Below, piece after piece: positions 1-12,915 of a stretch of DNA of 64,000 nucleotides (the stretch's first letter is position 1; each line of letters opens with the position of its first letter). The notes below the pieces were generated by a model. It was given only the letters and a program-made list of their open reading frames with translations, was not told where the DNA came from and searched no databases. The translations under genes were made by a program, and so were the position numbers. The DNA comes from Glaucostegus cemiculus (lineage: Eukaryota), in assembly GCA_976551045.1 (NCBI GenBank), contig CDPCPM010000259.1, forward strand, positions 4,712,001-4,776,000, read 5' to 3'.

Positions 1-919
1 TCTAATATGCATTGGTGATTCAGGTGCTTGTCTAGATACTACTATAATGTTGTGACAGGTTTTATGTAGCATTTGGCCATCTGCATTATATCTCCTTCTG
101 TGGTTTGGCATGAACTTGTATTTGATAATGTTCCTCTAAAATGGCTTGGAACCTATTTTCCATGTTAAAGGTACGACATAAACGGATCTTGCTCTTGTTT
201 TTGGCCAGCTGGCTATTTACCCTCCTCCCCAGTCCAGACTTGTTGAAGCCAATTTTAATCATATCACCTTGTCAAGATTAGCTTACTAAGCACAAACCTC
301 AACGAGAGTAATGCTTTAGATAAAAATTATGGCAGGTATGATGCATTAGCCACAAGTTTGATGACACTAAATTGGATGCTCAGTAAGGTCTGTACATTGG
401 TAGGAATTTATGCTTTGCAGGGCAAAATTTCCTGTTTGTAAAATTCCCATAAATCATGCATTTCTCAGTTCCCACTTTCACCCCTATGAAATCTCCTGGG
501 CCATGTATCCTGGATTGCTGCTGAGAGAAAAGGCAGGTATCCATGGATACCTTCACATTCACCGCCAATGTCACTGTCTGTGTCGAGCCAGCAAAGGCTG
601 CTCAAGTATGACCCAAGGTAGAACGTGTGCCAAAACCTCTTTTCCTTTTCAGGGAGGCGTACACGCTGTTTCATGCCTACTGATCCTGCCAAGGTTGATG
701 ATCACCATCTGGACAAAGGCTGTGATAAGTCACAGCTGGCAGTGATTTCAGTGCCCTGGGTCTATGGTGTATTGCATCATTGGTTTGCCTTTCTGGGATC
801 TGTTGAGAGAAGGATAAAATATTTTGTTTTGATTCCTTATTGTTCTTACAAGGACTCCACTGTTTTGTACAACAGCAACAAGAATATTCATCAAGAGACT
901 AATGATGAGATAATATCCT

Positions 920-1412
920 CAGGGATATTACAATGGTGCAATGAAAAGAACTACTTAATTACCGCTCCAGGTCGGATCCTGATCTCTGCTGCTGTCTGTG
1001 TGGAGTTTACACATCCTCCCTGTTACCGCATGGGATTCCCCCTGAGTGCTCCAGTTTCCTCCCACATCTCAAACACGTACTGGTTGGTAGATTAATTAGC
1101 CACTGTAAATTGCCCCTGCTGTCTAGGTGCGTGGTAGAATCTATGGGGTAGTTGATGGGAATGTGGGGAGAATAAAATAAGTTATGTGGAGACACAAGAG
1201 ACTGCGGATGCTGGAATCTGGAGCAACACACAAGCTGCTGGAGGAACTCAGTGGGTCGAGCAGCATCTGTGGGGGGGGGGAGGAAGGAATTGCTGATGTT
1301 TAGGGTCGAAATCCTGCATCAGGACAAATGGGTTACAGTTGGATTGGTGCTTAATGGTTAGTGTGAACTTTGTAGGCCAAAGGGAATGTTTCTGTGCTGT
1401 ATCCATTTATAA
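920..1412 (+). mobile_element. tRNA-derived V-SINE (HE1-like), interrupted by a Penelope-derived terminus at ~1188-1325
   Basis: Core ctgtctgtgtggagttt...ctccagtttcctcccaca...taaattgcccc, with a CR1-type tail (ggccaaaagggaatgtttctgtgctgta) resuming after 1325. Confidence 0.7.
1188..1325 (-). mobile_element. Penelope-like element terminal repeat fragment with a degenerate hammerhead
   Basis: gagacacaagagactgcggatgctggaatctggagc...ctggaggaactcag...cctgcatcaggac; same family as the 23102, 30053, 54150 and 56604 copies. Confidence 0.7.
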
Positions 1413-1527
1413 CTTTAATACTTTCCTCTTTTTCTAGTCATATAGTGGATTTGAAACTCACTCATACGATTTGAGGATGTGAGGTGTATGTTTACACTCA
1501 ACTAGTGTAAGGATGTCTTTAGTGTAC

Positions 1528-3837
1528 CATAGAACCTTACAGAACAAAACAGGCCCTTCGGCCCACCAAGTTGTGCCATCCTTCAAACATCTCACAATCT
1601 AACTCTTTCCTCCCACATATCCTACTATTCCACATTCTTCCATGTGCCTATCTAACAATCTCTTGAACCTGTCCATCGTATCTGCCTCTACTACCACCCC
1701 AGGCAGTGCATTCCATGCGCCAACCACTCTCTGGGTGAAAAACTTCCCTCTGACATCTCCCCTAAACTTTCCACCCAACATCTTATAGCCATGCCCTCGC
1801 GTCTTGTGCATCTGCACTCTGGGAAAGAGGCGCTGGCTATCAACTCTATCTATTTCTCTCAATATCTTATACACCTCTATCAAGTCCCCTCTCATCCTCC
1901 TCCTCTCCAATGAGTAGAGCCCTAGCACCTTAAGTCTCTCCTCATATTCCATACCCTCTAATCCAGGCATCATCCTGGTAAATCGCCTCTGTACCCTCTC
2001 CAACGCCTCCACATCCTTCCTATAATGCGGCGAGCGGAACTGAACACAATATTCCAAGTGCGGCCTAACTAGAGTTTTATAAAGCAGCATCATCACCTCT
2101 CTGCTCTTGAACTCAATCCCACGATTTATAAAAGCTAACATCCCATAAGCCTTCTTAACTGCCCTATCCACCTGCGAGGCAACTTTGAGTGAACTGTGGA
2201 TATGAACCCCCAGATCCCTCTGCTCCTCTACACTGCCAAGTACCTTGCCATTTACCTCATACTCTGCCCTGGAGTTTGTCCTACCAAAGTGCACCACCTC
2301 ACACTTCTCCGGATTAAACTCCATCTGCCACCTGTCTGCCCAGCTCTGCATCCTATCAATATCCCTCTGTAAGCTCCTACAGTCCTCCACACTATCTACC
2401 ACACCACCAATCTTGGTGTCATCTGCAAACTTACCAACCCATCCTTCCATTCTTTCATCTAAGTCATCTATAAATATAACAAAGAGTAGAGGTCCCAGAA
2501 CCGATCCCTGCGGGACACCACTAGTCACAGCCCTCCAATCCGAGGGCACTCCCTCCACCACAACCCTCTGTTTTCTACAGGAAAGCCAATTCCTGATCCA
2601 CACAGCCAACCTCCCCTGGATGCCCCGACCTCTGACCTTCTGAAGAAGCCTGCCATGAGGAACCTTATCGAACGCCTTACTAAAATCCATATAGACTACA
2701 TCCACGGCACTGCCCTCATCAAGCTTCCTCGTCACCTCCTCAAAGAATTCTATCAGGCTCGTGAGGCAAGATCTTCCCTTCACAAAGCCATGCTGACTGT
2801 CCCTAATCAGTCCGTGACTCTCCAGGTGCTCATAGATCCCATCCCTCAGAATCCTTTCTAACAGCTTACCCACCACAGACGTGAGACTCACCGGTCTGTA
2901 ATTTCCCAGACTATCCCTACTACCTTTCTTAAACAAGGGAACGACATCCGCTACCTGCCAATCCTCCGGCACCATCCCCGTGGACAACGAGGACTCAAAG
3001 ATCCTCACCAGCGGATCAACAATCTCCTCCCTCGCCTCTCGAAGCAGCCTGGGGAATATTCCGTCAGGCCCCGGAGACTTATCCGTCTTGATATTACTTA
3101 ACAATTTCAACACCTCCTCCCTCTCGATAGCTACATACTCAAGAACTACCCTTACCAGCACTCTCTGTCTCGTCATCCAGACCCCTCTCCTTGGTGAATA
3201 CAGAAGAGAAGTATTCATTCAGTACCCCCCCCCCTATTTCTGCCGCCTCCAGGCACATCCTCCCACCCTTATCCTTAGTCGGACCTACCTCACCCTAGCC
3301 ATCTTTCTGCCCTTCACATATGAGAAAAAAGACTTGGGATTTTCCTTAACCCTACGAGCCAACATCATTTCATGTCCCCTTCTAGCTCTCCTCAGCTCTT
3401 TCTTAAGTTCCTTCCTCACTATACTATATTCCTCACGGGCCACGTCCGAGCCTTGCCGCTTACTCCTTACATAAGCCACCTTCTTCCTCCTAACCAGTTG
3501 TTCCACCTCTCTCGTCACCCACGGTTCCTTCACCCTGCCATTCCTCCTCCTCCTCGCCGGGACATATTTATCCCTAACATCCTGTAAAACATCCCTGAAC
3601 AACGTCCACATCTCCACAGTACACTTCCCCTCAAAAAGGACTTCCTAATTTATACTCCCAAGTTCTTTCCTTATAGCCTTATAGTCCACCCTTCCCGAAT
3701 TAAATATCTTCCTGTCCTGTCTGCACCTATCTCTGTCCATGACAATTCTAAAGCTTATCGAGCAATGATCACTGTCCCCCAAATGCTCACCCACCAGCAG
3801 ATCCCTCACCTGTCCCGGTTCATTTCCTAAAACCAGA
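1528..3837 (-). mobile_element. Young 5'-truncated CR1 LINE (ORF2 from the end of the endonuclease through RT to the 3' tail)
   Basis: ORF 1599..3218 has KSPGPDG, NYRPVSLTS, QHGF, DFSKAFD, GVPQGSVLGP, FADD and a CR1 C-terminus; upstream ORFs give GDSDH (APE end); ttctatgg-type tail at ~1528. Confidence 0.95.
1599..3837 (-). pseudogene. CR1 ORF2 (partial EN, RT) broken by two 1-nt frameshifts (~3290, ~3150) and one TAG (~3645)
   Basis: ORFs 3645-3854, 3285-3617 and 1599-3218 join into one CR1 ORF2-like protein. Confidence 0.85.
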
Positions 3838-4459
3838 GAGCAGACTGGCCTCAAATCTGCTCTGACATTCAGCTAAGTCATGGGTGGTCTGGTTTTGGTC
3901 TCAGCTCCATTTTTTCTCCCAATAATCCTGTACTCCCTAACAGACTAAAAATCTGTCTGTCTCAGCCTTGAACATATTCAATGATTGAGCCTTCACAGAT
4001 GTAAAGGGTAGAGAATCCCCAGGATTTATAACCCTCCAAGAGAAGTTCCTCCTCATTCCCATTTTAACCTTTATTCTGCAACTATGTATGAAGAATCTAC
4101 TCTTAAAGATCAGCAGGATTCCTGGTTGTTCTATCCCAGTAGTGCCCACAACTGAATGTGCCAAGACAAAGAAGGGAGAATCACCTGCAATCTACCGCTG
4201 AGTATTACCATAAGATTCAGTGTATAATTCACACCTGTATATAATTTACACTCCCCTTTTGAACCCTCCAGACAGAACCTAACGCCCTGGCTGTATCCAA
4301 ATGGGCACTTGTTGTTGACAGATTGGGCTGGTCTGGGGAGGAACTGCTGGTGGATGTTCAGAAACAATCCCTGTCTTTTCCCAGTTCTAAGGAAAATTAA
4401 AGCACTATTGGTAACTTCGGTGAGGTCATCAGTCCTGCTGTAGACCAGAACCGTAACCT

Positions 4460-5110
4460 AGAGACACAAGAGACTGCAGATGCTGGAGCACACAAAAAGC
4501 TGGAGGCTTTTAAGAGTCAACCTCACTGGTGGAACGAACAAGATGCTGGAGGAACTCAATGGATCAGGAGGCATCTGTGGAGGGAATTGGACAGTCAATG
4601 TCTTGGATTGAGAGCCTTCATCTGGATTGAAAGAGGGGAGGTAGGCAGCATATAAAGGGGTGGAGGGAAGGAATGGAGCAAGAGCTGGCAGGTGATAGGT
4701 GGATCCGGGTGAGGAGGGGTGATAGGCAGATGGGGGAGGGGAGAGTGGGAATCACACCAGAAGCTGGGAAGTGATAGGTGGAAGTGACAAAGGGCTGAAG
4801 ATGAGGGAACCTGATAGAAGAGGAAGGTGGAGCATGGAATCAAGGGAGGGAGGTGGGGAGGGCAGAGGGGAGTAGTGGGGGAGGGGAACCAATAGGAGGA
4901 GTGTGTAGGTGTTGGGCAGATGGAGAAGGGGAAAGAACCAAGATGATGGGGAGCTGGGGTGAGTGTAGGAAGAACGGGGTAGATGAGGAGGAGGGGGACA
5001 GAGGGGGAGCAGTTTACCTGAAATTGGAGAATTCAATGCTTATGCTGTCGGATTGTAGACTATCAAAGCTGTTGCTTCACATTCCAGCATCTGCAGTCTC
5101 TTGTGTCTCC
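4460..5110 (-). mobile_element. Penelope-like 3' fragment: ORF end, pyrimidine-rich UTR, hammerhead-bearing terminus, inverted terminal copy
   Basis: Minus strand ~5065-5013 reads SLQSDSISIEFSNFR*, matching the GIY-YIG ORF end at 30458; terminal motif at 4460 and inverted at ~5070-5110. Confidence 0.75.
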
Positions 5111-5384
5111 ATTTTGAACCTCACTGAAGTCACAAAAAGACCAGACTGGGTAAGGGCGGCAGATTTTCTTCTTTGAGGGAAATATGTAAATCATATACTT
5201 TTTCATTACAATCCAGTAGTTCCATGGTTTCATTACAAAGACATTTTTTAAATGTTCCAGATTTTACTTGATTACTTGGATTTAAATTCTCCTTGGCTGC
5301 CCCGGTGGGATTCAAATATGTGTGGATCAATGGTCTAGAATTCTGGCAGCAAGCTGCCATTAACAGCCACTTGATAATAACAAG

Positions 5385-5640
5385 GTGATGCGCTTTAGTG
5401 ATGTTGACTGAGGGATAAATATTGGGCCAGGGCACCAGGGAGAAGTCTCAGTCTCTTCTTTGAAGTAGCAGCATGGAATCTTGTACATTCACCTGAGAGA
5501 GCAGACAGAGCTTCGTCTTGAAGCCAACGCCTTTATTAGCAATGCACTCTGTCAGCACTGCACTGGAGTGTCAGCTTAGATCTTTCACACTCTGGTCTCC
5601 TGAATCTGACTCGAGTGCAGTGGGTAAACACTTGGTTTGC
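5385..5640 (-). mobile_element. Deu-domain SINE (SacSINE1/AmnSINE-like) fragment
   Basis: gttgactgagggataaatattgggccagggcaccagggag...cacctgagagagcagac...cagcactgcactggagtgtcagc. Confidence 0.6.
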
Positions 5641-6540
5641 TCATTTTAATCTGTGAAATAATCAAATGCTCAGTACAAGAAGGGGTTGAATGGAGAAATT
5701 AGTTTTTTAACAAAGTTAATGTAATTTTTTTGTACATACTTCTGCTCCCTTATCTTGTGATCTTGTGACTTGTGATATTTGCTGGACATAATTTCTTACC
5801 ATGTTTATTGTCCAAACCTCCTTCCTTTGGGAAATAGACGCTGCACTTCTCTCTTGAACCATTACAGTCCTGGTGTTGATGTTCCCGTGATGTGTGATAC
5901 AATGTATGTGTCATCTATCTGTGGTTAATTGGGCAGCACCCTGTGTTCTGCCTCAGGTGGTCTGAGTTTGAGTCTTACCAGAGATTTGACTGTAAAGCTC
6001 TCAGCTGATATTCCAGTACAGTACTGTGATGACTTTCAGATGAGATGGTAAATCTATTTACTCTGAGCAGTGCTGATGGTAACATTTCTATGCATTCAAG
6101 TCAAGCTGGTATGTGCCACAAAGGCATGGTAATGATGTTACCATGACTTTGCTGTTCCTGTGTTTTCTAGAGGTAGGTGTTAAGGTAATGAAGTACACAC
6201 ACCTGACAGTATTCAACTCTTGGTATTGCATTGAATGACAGCAGGAATCAAGCATGATACCAAAAGCTTTCTTATCATGGATGTTGGATGTGAAGCTTAT
6301 CATAGCATTATCTGGATGTTTATGTAAGTGAACTATTGAATAACGAAGGGGTGATTACCAGTTTAGTGTAAAGATCTTTAGAAGAAAAATTGTCTTTACC
6401 TTGAATGGTAAATCTACATCCATTTCTGTTCATTTACTGCTGTGCATTGAAGGTAAATCTAGGGGCATCAAGAAATAAAATTTACTTTTCAGATGTGCAT
6501 GACCCCATTTTTGGTCCTGAAGACCATTTTCTGGCCCCAA

Positions 6541-7465
6541 CAGTCCAGATGAAGGGTCTCAACCTGAAATGTTGACTGTCCATTTCCCTCCACAGATGCT
6601 GCCTGACCCGCTGAGGTCCCACAGCTGATTGTTGCTCCAGATTCCAGCATCTGGATAAGTGTGAAGTGGTTCATTTTGGTAGGTCAAATATGTTGGCGGA
6701 ATATAGTATTAATGGTAGGACTCTTGGCAGTGTGGCAGATCAGAGGGATCTTGGGGTCAGAGTCGATAGGACGCTCAAGGCGGCTGCGCAGGTTGACTCT
6801 GTGGTTAAGAAGGCGTATGGTGTATTGTCCTTCATCAGTCGCGGGATTGAATTTAGGAGCCGAGAGGTATTGCTTCAGTTGTATAGGTCCCTGGTCAGAC
6901 CCCACTTGAAGTATTGTGCTCAGTTCTGGTCGCTTCACTACAGGAAAGATGTGGAGGCCTTAGAGAGGGTGCAGAGGAGGTTTACGAGGATGCTGCCTGG
7001 AATGCGGAGCATGCCTTATGAGAGCAGGTTGCGGGAACTCAGCCTTTTCTCCCTGGAGAGGAGGAAGATGAGGGGGGGCCTGATAGAGGTATATAAGATG
7101 TTGAGAGGTATTGATCGGGTACATAGGCAGAGGCTTTTCCCCAGAGCTAAAATGGTGGCCACAAGAGGACATAGGTTTAAGGTGCTGGGGAGTAGATATA
7201 GAGGAGATGTCAGGGGTAAGTTTTTTACTCAGAGACTGGTGAGTGCGTGGAATGGGCTGCCGGAAAGGGTTGTGGAGGCGGATACGATAGGGTCTTTCAA
7301 GAGACTGTTGGATAGGTACATGGAGCAAAATAAGATAGAGGGCTATGGGTAAGCCTAGTAGTTTCTAGTGTAGGGACATATTTGGCACAGCTTTGTGGGC
7401 CGAAGGGCCTGAATTGTGTTGTATGTTGTATGTTCTATGTTCTGTCTGCAGTCCCTTGCATCTCT
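6541..7465 (+). mobile_element. Penelope-derived terminus (6541-6653 plus 7445-7465) split by a CR1 insertion
   Basis: ...ccagattccagcatctg | CR1 | tctgcagtcccttgcatctc restores the family terminal motif. Confidence 0.7.
6654..7444 (+). mobile_element. CR1 LINE 3' fragment with an open ORF2 C-terminus
   Basis: ORF 6666..7352 (HFGRSN...DLGV...LYRSLVRPHL..CAQFWS...LERVQRRFTRM...FFTQR..WN.LP); tail tgttctatgttct; 4-bp TSD tctg. Confidence 0.93.
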
Positions 7466-10400
7466 GTCAGCCTTTACCTCAAGTCACATAACTGCTCATA
7501 ACCCTCACCAGGTTTTGCATCATGATAAAGTGTGTAATTAGCAACTGGAAAGACTTTAGGAAATAAATGGCAGCATCTGCCTGTCTGTTTACATCTTCCT
7601 GCCACACAAAACCTCTGTATTTGTAAGATTTCATTCTGGTTTTGGGCTGGTAAATTTTGCATTTCAGGGCATCCTCTCCTCTTCACTTTCATTAGTTGTG
7701 TAAATGCAGCTCCCACAGGGAGAGTCCCTGCTATCAGCTCACTTGGTCTTCAAGACTTCCAGTTTCTCACTGAGTATAGTTTCCATAAAATTTGCTCAGT
7801 GCAATAAAATCAAAACTGATATTCTATTATGGATGAAAGTGAAAAACCTTTGGAATTTCTCATCAACTGACCAATGTCTAAAGCAAGAGAGATTAGTTTT
7901 GTTTCCATGGTAATATTTTCTCCAGAACTTTGAATTTATTAACTTTTTTCTAAAACAATAGCCAATATGTACAAGCACCGATGGGCAATTCCTGGACTTT
8001 ACAGCATCAATTAATCTCTCCTAGGCCAGTACTATTGTTGCTGATCTAAATGAATGGCAGTGCAGGCTTGTGGGGATGTGGGCCCTCCTCCAGCTTCCAT
8101 AGAAAGGATGGAGCTCGGAGAAAGTAATTCAAGGAAAAGAGCTACTCAAGGAGCCTTTCAACACACAATGCCTAGTCCCACACATGAGAAAGACTGAAGT
8201 GCTCAAGTAATGCTTTCTTATAGATTTACCTGAAGGGAAGGGGAAACCTTTGATCAGAGATATTGTTTCTAAATTGGATAACCCACTGGAAATCCACAGG
8301 CTGGATGCAAATCAACCTTCGAAACTGTAATCCATTTTTGGATAACTGGAAGTAAAAGATACAGTCCAATTAATGAGACCAGTGACCAAATCCAACCTGC
8401 AATAAATGGAATGAATAATCATCATGCCACTGGCTATACGTTTTGTTGCTAAGCAACCTAGGTGTGTTATCTCAGCAGTTGAACACCATCAGCTTTTTGA
8501 TGGAGGTTTGTGATTACATTAAGAACAGGTTATTTTTCTCTATTTCCCATTTGGTGATGAGTCACAAAGAGTCAGTTACGAAGACCACGATGAATAGCTG
8601 GCTGAAGAAGATATGAAATGGCTACCCAACCGCCAACCTCCATTGTCCCAACAGTTACCCCACCTCTCCTGACACTACACCCCCACATCAATCCAAACAC
8701 CAGAGAATAACAGAATCGCTTCTCATCAAAAGCTGTGCAACATTGCCTCAACTTCACAACTGGAAGTTTACGCAAACCTACTGCTTTGTCAAACATTTTG
8801 GTTATCTATCGCATTACGTCCCCCTCTGCTTGGTGTTCATATTCAACTTAACAAATTAAACAGCATAAAAAGCCGCCATTCAACCCATCCTGCCTGCACT
8901 TTGAGAGAGCTGTCTGAGTAACCCTGCTTCCCTCGTTCATTCCCTGGTTCACTTTGTTTGTCCTCCAGACCACAGCAACTCATTGTGTGCGGGGGGGGGG
9001 GGGAAGAAACCTCGTCATCTCTCCCTTGCTTCCTTTCTGCTATCTTACATCTGCGTCCTTTTTTGTAAACTCCCTGCCGCCTTATCTGCCCTCACGAAAA
9101 CAGTTTGTTGGGGCGGTTTGATGCTTGAGGTATTGCACAGGCCCTCTATCTAACTGGACCCTGAACACATCCAGCGATAAGTTAGAAGGTTGACCATTCT
9201 GTTATTTTGCAAGACTTTACCATGGGAATGGTTGTTTTTGTGTTGTCATACAGCTGCACGCCATCAAAATTTAGATAAGAAGACGCTGACTATCTCTGAG
9301 GTAATCTCACAAACACATCCCGTTAAACTTAAGATTTCCAAAGTGACGGTGATAATGAGATTGGTGAGGGAGTGATACAGGAGAATGGATGGGTATTCTG
9401 TTTACATGACTCCAAGTTCTATCGTTCCTTCTGTATGCCTCTTCCTCTCAAGCTCTCTTCCCTCAAGAGGGCTCTCAAAACCATCAATGAGGGTCAGAAG
9501 TTGGCATCATCTGTGTCAATACCGCATGATATGGTTCAATGCTCATATACATCAACATTCACTTGTATAGCACCCATAATGTAGTAAGTTATTCCAAGCC
9601 ACTTGTGGGAGAACATCACAATACAAATCTGGCTCCAGACTGTATATGCAGATATTAGTTTGGTGATTAAAAGCTAAGGAGCATCTTAACTTACTTAGAG
9701 ATAAAACAGTTGAAGGAGGAAATTCCTGAGTCTGGTGACCAGATAGTTTGAGGTCGGTATAGTTGAACAATGTGCAAGCTCCAGTTTTACTAAATAATAT
9801 CAGAATTTTGGGAATGTTATCATCATTTAATTTTACTTCCTGTCACCTTTGATTTGGTCAAGTATGCTATACATAACCTATTGTAAACAAAGATTTTCAT
9901 ATGTGAGTGGTTGATATGAAACTTAAGTGAATGGTATTTAATAGCATTGTCTGGTAAAATAAAGAGGAAGCTAAATCAAGGTTTTGCCCTGACAGTAACA
10001 ACTGCTATCATTCATATTGTGTTTCTAATGTAAAATGTTCCAAAATGTTTATCAATCATTTGGTATCTAGCCACAAAAAGAGTTATTAATGGAGGTGATC
10101 ACAACTTTAGTCAAAGAGGTACCATTACGGAGGGAAGAGACGTAATGAGGTGAAGAGGTGTTGGGAGGGAATTACCATTCTAGGGCCTTAGGAACTGAAA
10201 GTTTGATCGCTAGAGGATTATATTTGGGGTGGCAAGAGACTAGAACTGGAGGAGTGAAGACAGCGGGTTATAGAGGGCTACAGAAGATGGCAGAGATAAG
10301 GAGGGATGAGACAATAAGAACTTTAAGAACTAAATATGTGAAACTATGTCTTTGAATATGCGATGAGTGATAGAACTTTTCAATAATGCCATGGTTCATT

Positions 10401-10884
10401 TTCTACCACAGCACCACAAATCCCATTTCCCTCTTCCTTGCTGAGGAGAGAATACCTCAGTAAGGAAAGAAGGATCAAAAACTGGGATTTTTCAGGAAAG
10501 CAGTTGTTGTGACAGTTTTGGGGATGCTAAATTCAAGTAATTAACTAAATCTGGAATGTGAAAAGAAAGGCTGGTCTCAGAAACAGTAACCATGAAGCCT
10601 TTGGATTCTTGTAAAAACCCTTAGGGAAGGAAAAGCCTTCAATCCTTATCCACTCTGACCAATATGTGACTCTGGATCAACCAATGTGGCTGATTCTTAA
10701 CCATTGGAAGTAGGCCATTCAGTCCTGTGTACCTGCTCAATAAGGCCATGACTCAAAGTTTACCTCGGCACCACTTTTCTGCACTTACCCCATTTGCCGT
10801 GATTCCCTCAACATCCATCTCCTCAGTTTAAGGACACTAAGGGATGGACAATACGTGCCTGCATTTCCAATGACACCCACATTC

Positions 10885-11030
10885 ATAGAGACATAGGGCA
10901 CAGAAACAGGCCCTTCAGCAAGTTGTCCGCACCAACCAAGATGTCCATCTAAGCTAGTCCCATTTACCCGCGTTTGATGCATATTCTTTTAAACCTTTCC
11001 TATCCATGTACCTGTCTAAGTATCTTTTAA
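10885..11030 (-). mobile_element. CR1/SINE 3' tail fragment
   Basis: cacagaaacaggcccttcag...aagctagtcccattt...cctatccatgtacctgtctaa. Confidence 0.65.
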
Positions 11031-11849
11031 ATTCCTGAATGAATAAAGTGTAAACATTAGATTTATTGGTGACTATCTTATGCTGATGGACTCTAGTTTT
11101 GGAATGCCACATCTGCCCAGTCCAACCCCTTCACAACTTAAAGAAAGCCTCAATCAAGTCACCACTCAGTTTCCTCTTATCTGGAAAGACGGGCCCGAGC
11201 CCCAAAGTGTCCCAACAGTTGTATCCTCTAGATTCTGGCATTACCTTAATAAATCCATTCTACGTTTTCTCCTGAATCCTGCTTTGTAACACGAAGACCA
11301 GAATAGTGCCCAGTTAACCATGGTAAGTCCCAGTGCAGTAGGGACTGAAGTTGTCATATGGGGAACTCACCGACTCGGGATTCATACCCTTGATTTCTTT
11401 CAACTCAAAGGTTTCTTGATTACATAATTTATTTTCTTGTGAGGCAGAGGGCTGCCTTCTTAAAATGTCTGGAGATCTTTCATTCAAAAAGCCTGTGATT
11501 GTATTATACTAATTTTGACAGATGCTTAAAAATGTTTCATTATACTTTGCAAATATCTCAAAAGTATAAATGATTATTGATAATAATAGGCACATTTAGT
11601 TTGCTTTGCTTTCAGATATATTTATGTGAATTAGAAGCAGGAGGAGACATTTGACCCTGCTCTACCTGAGAAAGGGTGGAGATAAGTAATACCTGCTTAA
11701 GGGTTAGGTTAAATGGAAAGGCTATTTACACAGAAAGTCGTGGTAGCTCTGTACAGATTCCAGGTGGTGGTATCACTCATAGGCGCAGCGTTACTGAGAA
11801 CATTCAGTCTGACATGTTTTTCCATCCCAGGCTCCATCCCTAGGATGGA

Positions 11850-11975
11850 AACAGCACTGTGGTGTGCCCACACCTCGAGGAAGAAGGCAGCTCACCACCA
11901 CCTACTCAAGGGGCAACTAGCGATGGGCAACTAAATGCTATCTCAGCCTGCAAAGCCCACATCCTTTGAATGAAT
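11850..11975 (+). mobile_element. 3' end of an older LINE family (also ~14330-14430 and ~62940-63080)
   Basis: Recurrent motif aagaaggcagctcaccaccacct.ctcaagggcaactag.gatgggcaa.taaatgct. Confidence 0.55.
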
Positions 11976-12034
11976 ATACAGTATAACAAAAGCCACAAGT
12001 ACAGTGCAGAGCACAAGCCATTAGTGCGCATGGC

Positions 12035-12915
12035 ACAAAAACTGGTGAGGCTGTGGATAGTGAAGAGGATAATCTTAAGGTACAGAAGAACATTGATAGC
12101 TAGTAAATTTGCCCAACCAATGACAGAAGGAAGTTAATCCTGATAAGTACAAAGTGAGGATAATTTAATTCTGATAAGTGCATTTTGGGAGGTCAAATGA
12201 GGGTAGAACTGAAACAATTAATGCTAAGGCCCAAAGAGTACTGAAGAACAGAGGGATCTAGATGCAGAGATCCAACAATTCTTGAAGGTGCCCGCACAGG
12301 TAGATAGGGTGGTAAAGAAGGTGCATGGGATGCCAGCCTTGATTAACTGGGGCATAGAAAATAAGAGCAGGGAAGTTATGGTACAGCTTCGAATATTATG
12401 TGGAGTTTTGCTTACCACAGAAAGGGCATGATTGTCCTGGGGAGGGTGCAGAGGAGGTTCACAAGATGTTGCCTGGGATGAAGTATTGAGTATTTCTGTT
12501 GTGAGGTGAGATTGGATAGGCTGGGGTTGTTTCCTTTGAGTGGGGAAGGCTGAGGGGGGATGTGGTGGAGCTATAAAAAAATTATGAGGGGCGTATATAA
12601 GGTAGTCATTTTTTGCGCTATAGCAGAGGTGTCTATAACCAAAGGCAGGGGTTTAAGGTAAGGAGTAAGAGATTTAGAGGAGGAGAAGGAGGATTTTTTT
12701 TCATTCAGAGTATGGTTGGAGTTTGGAACACACTGCCTGAGAGGGTGGAAGAGGCAGAGACTCTCACAGCACTTATGAAGTATCTAGATGAGCACTTGAA
12801 TTGTCAAGGCGTAGAAGACCACAAACCAGGTGTTGGCAAATGGGATTACTGTAGATGGGTACTTGATTGTCAGCATGACAGGATGGGCCAAAGGGCCTCT
12901 TTCTGTGCTGTATAG
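12035..12915 (+). mobile_element. Degenerate CR1 3' fragment
   Basis: Remnants of TKLV..VDSEED, ERVQRRFTRMLPG and FF.QS.VGVWNTLPE, plus a CR1 tail. Confidence 0.85.

Noticed and set aside
380-1095. Overlapping ORFs up to 156 aa at the window start
   Set aside because: No recognisable domain or splice pattern; the longest runs into a SINE.
2245-3587. Plus-strand ORFs over the CR1
   Set aside because: Antisense shadows of CR1 ORF2.
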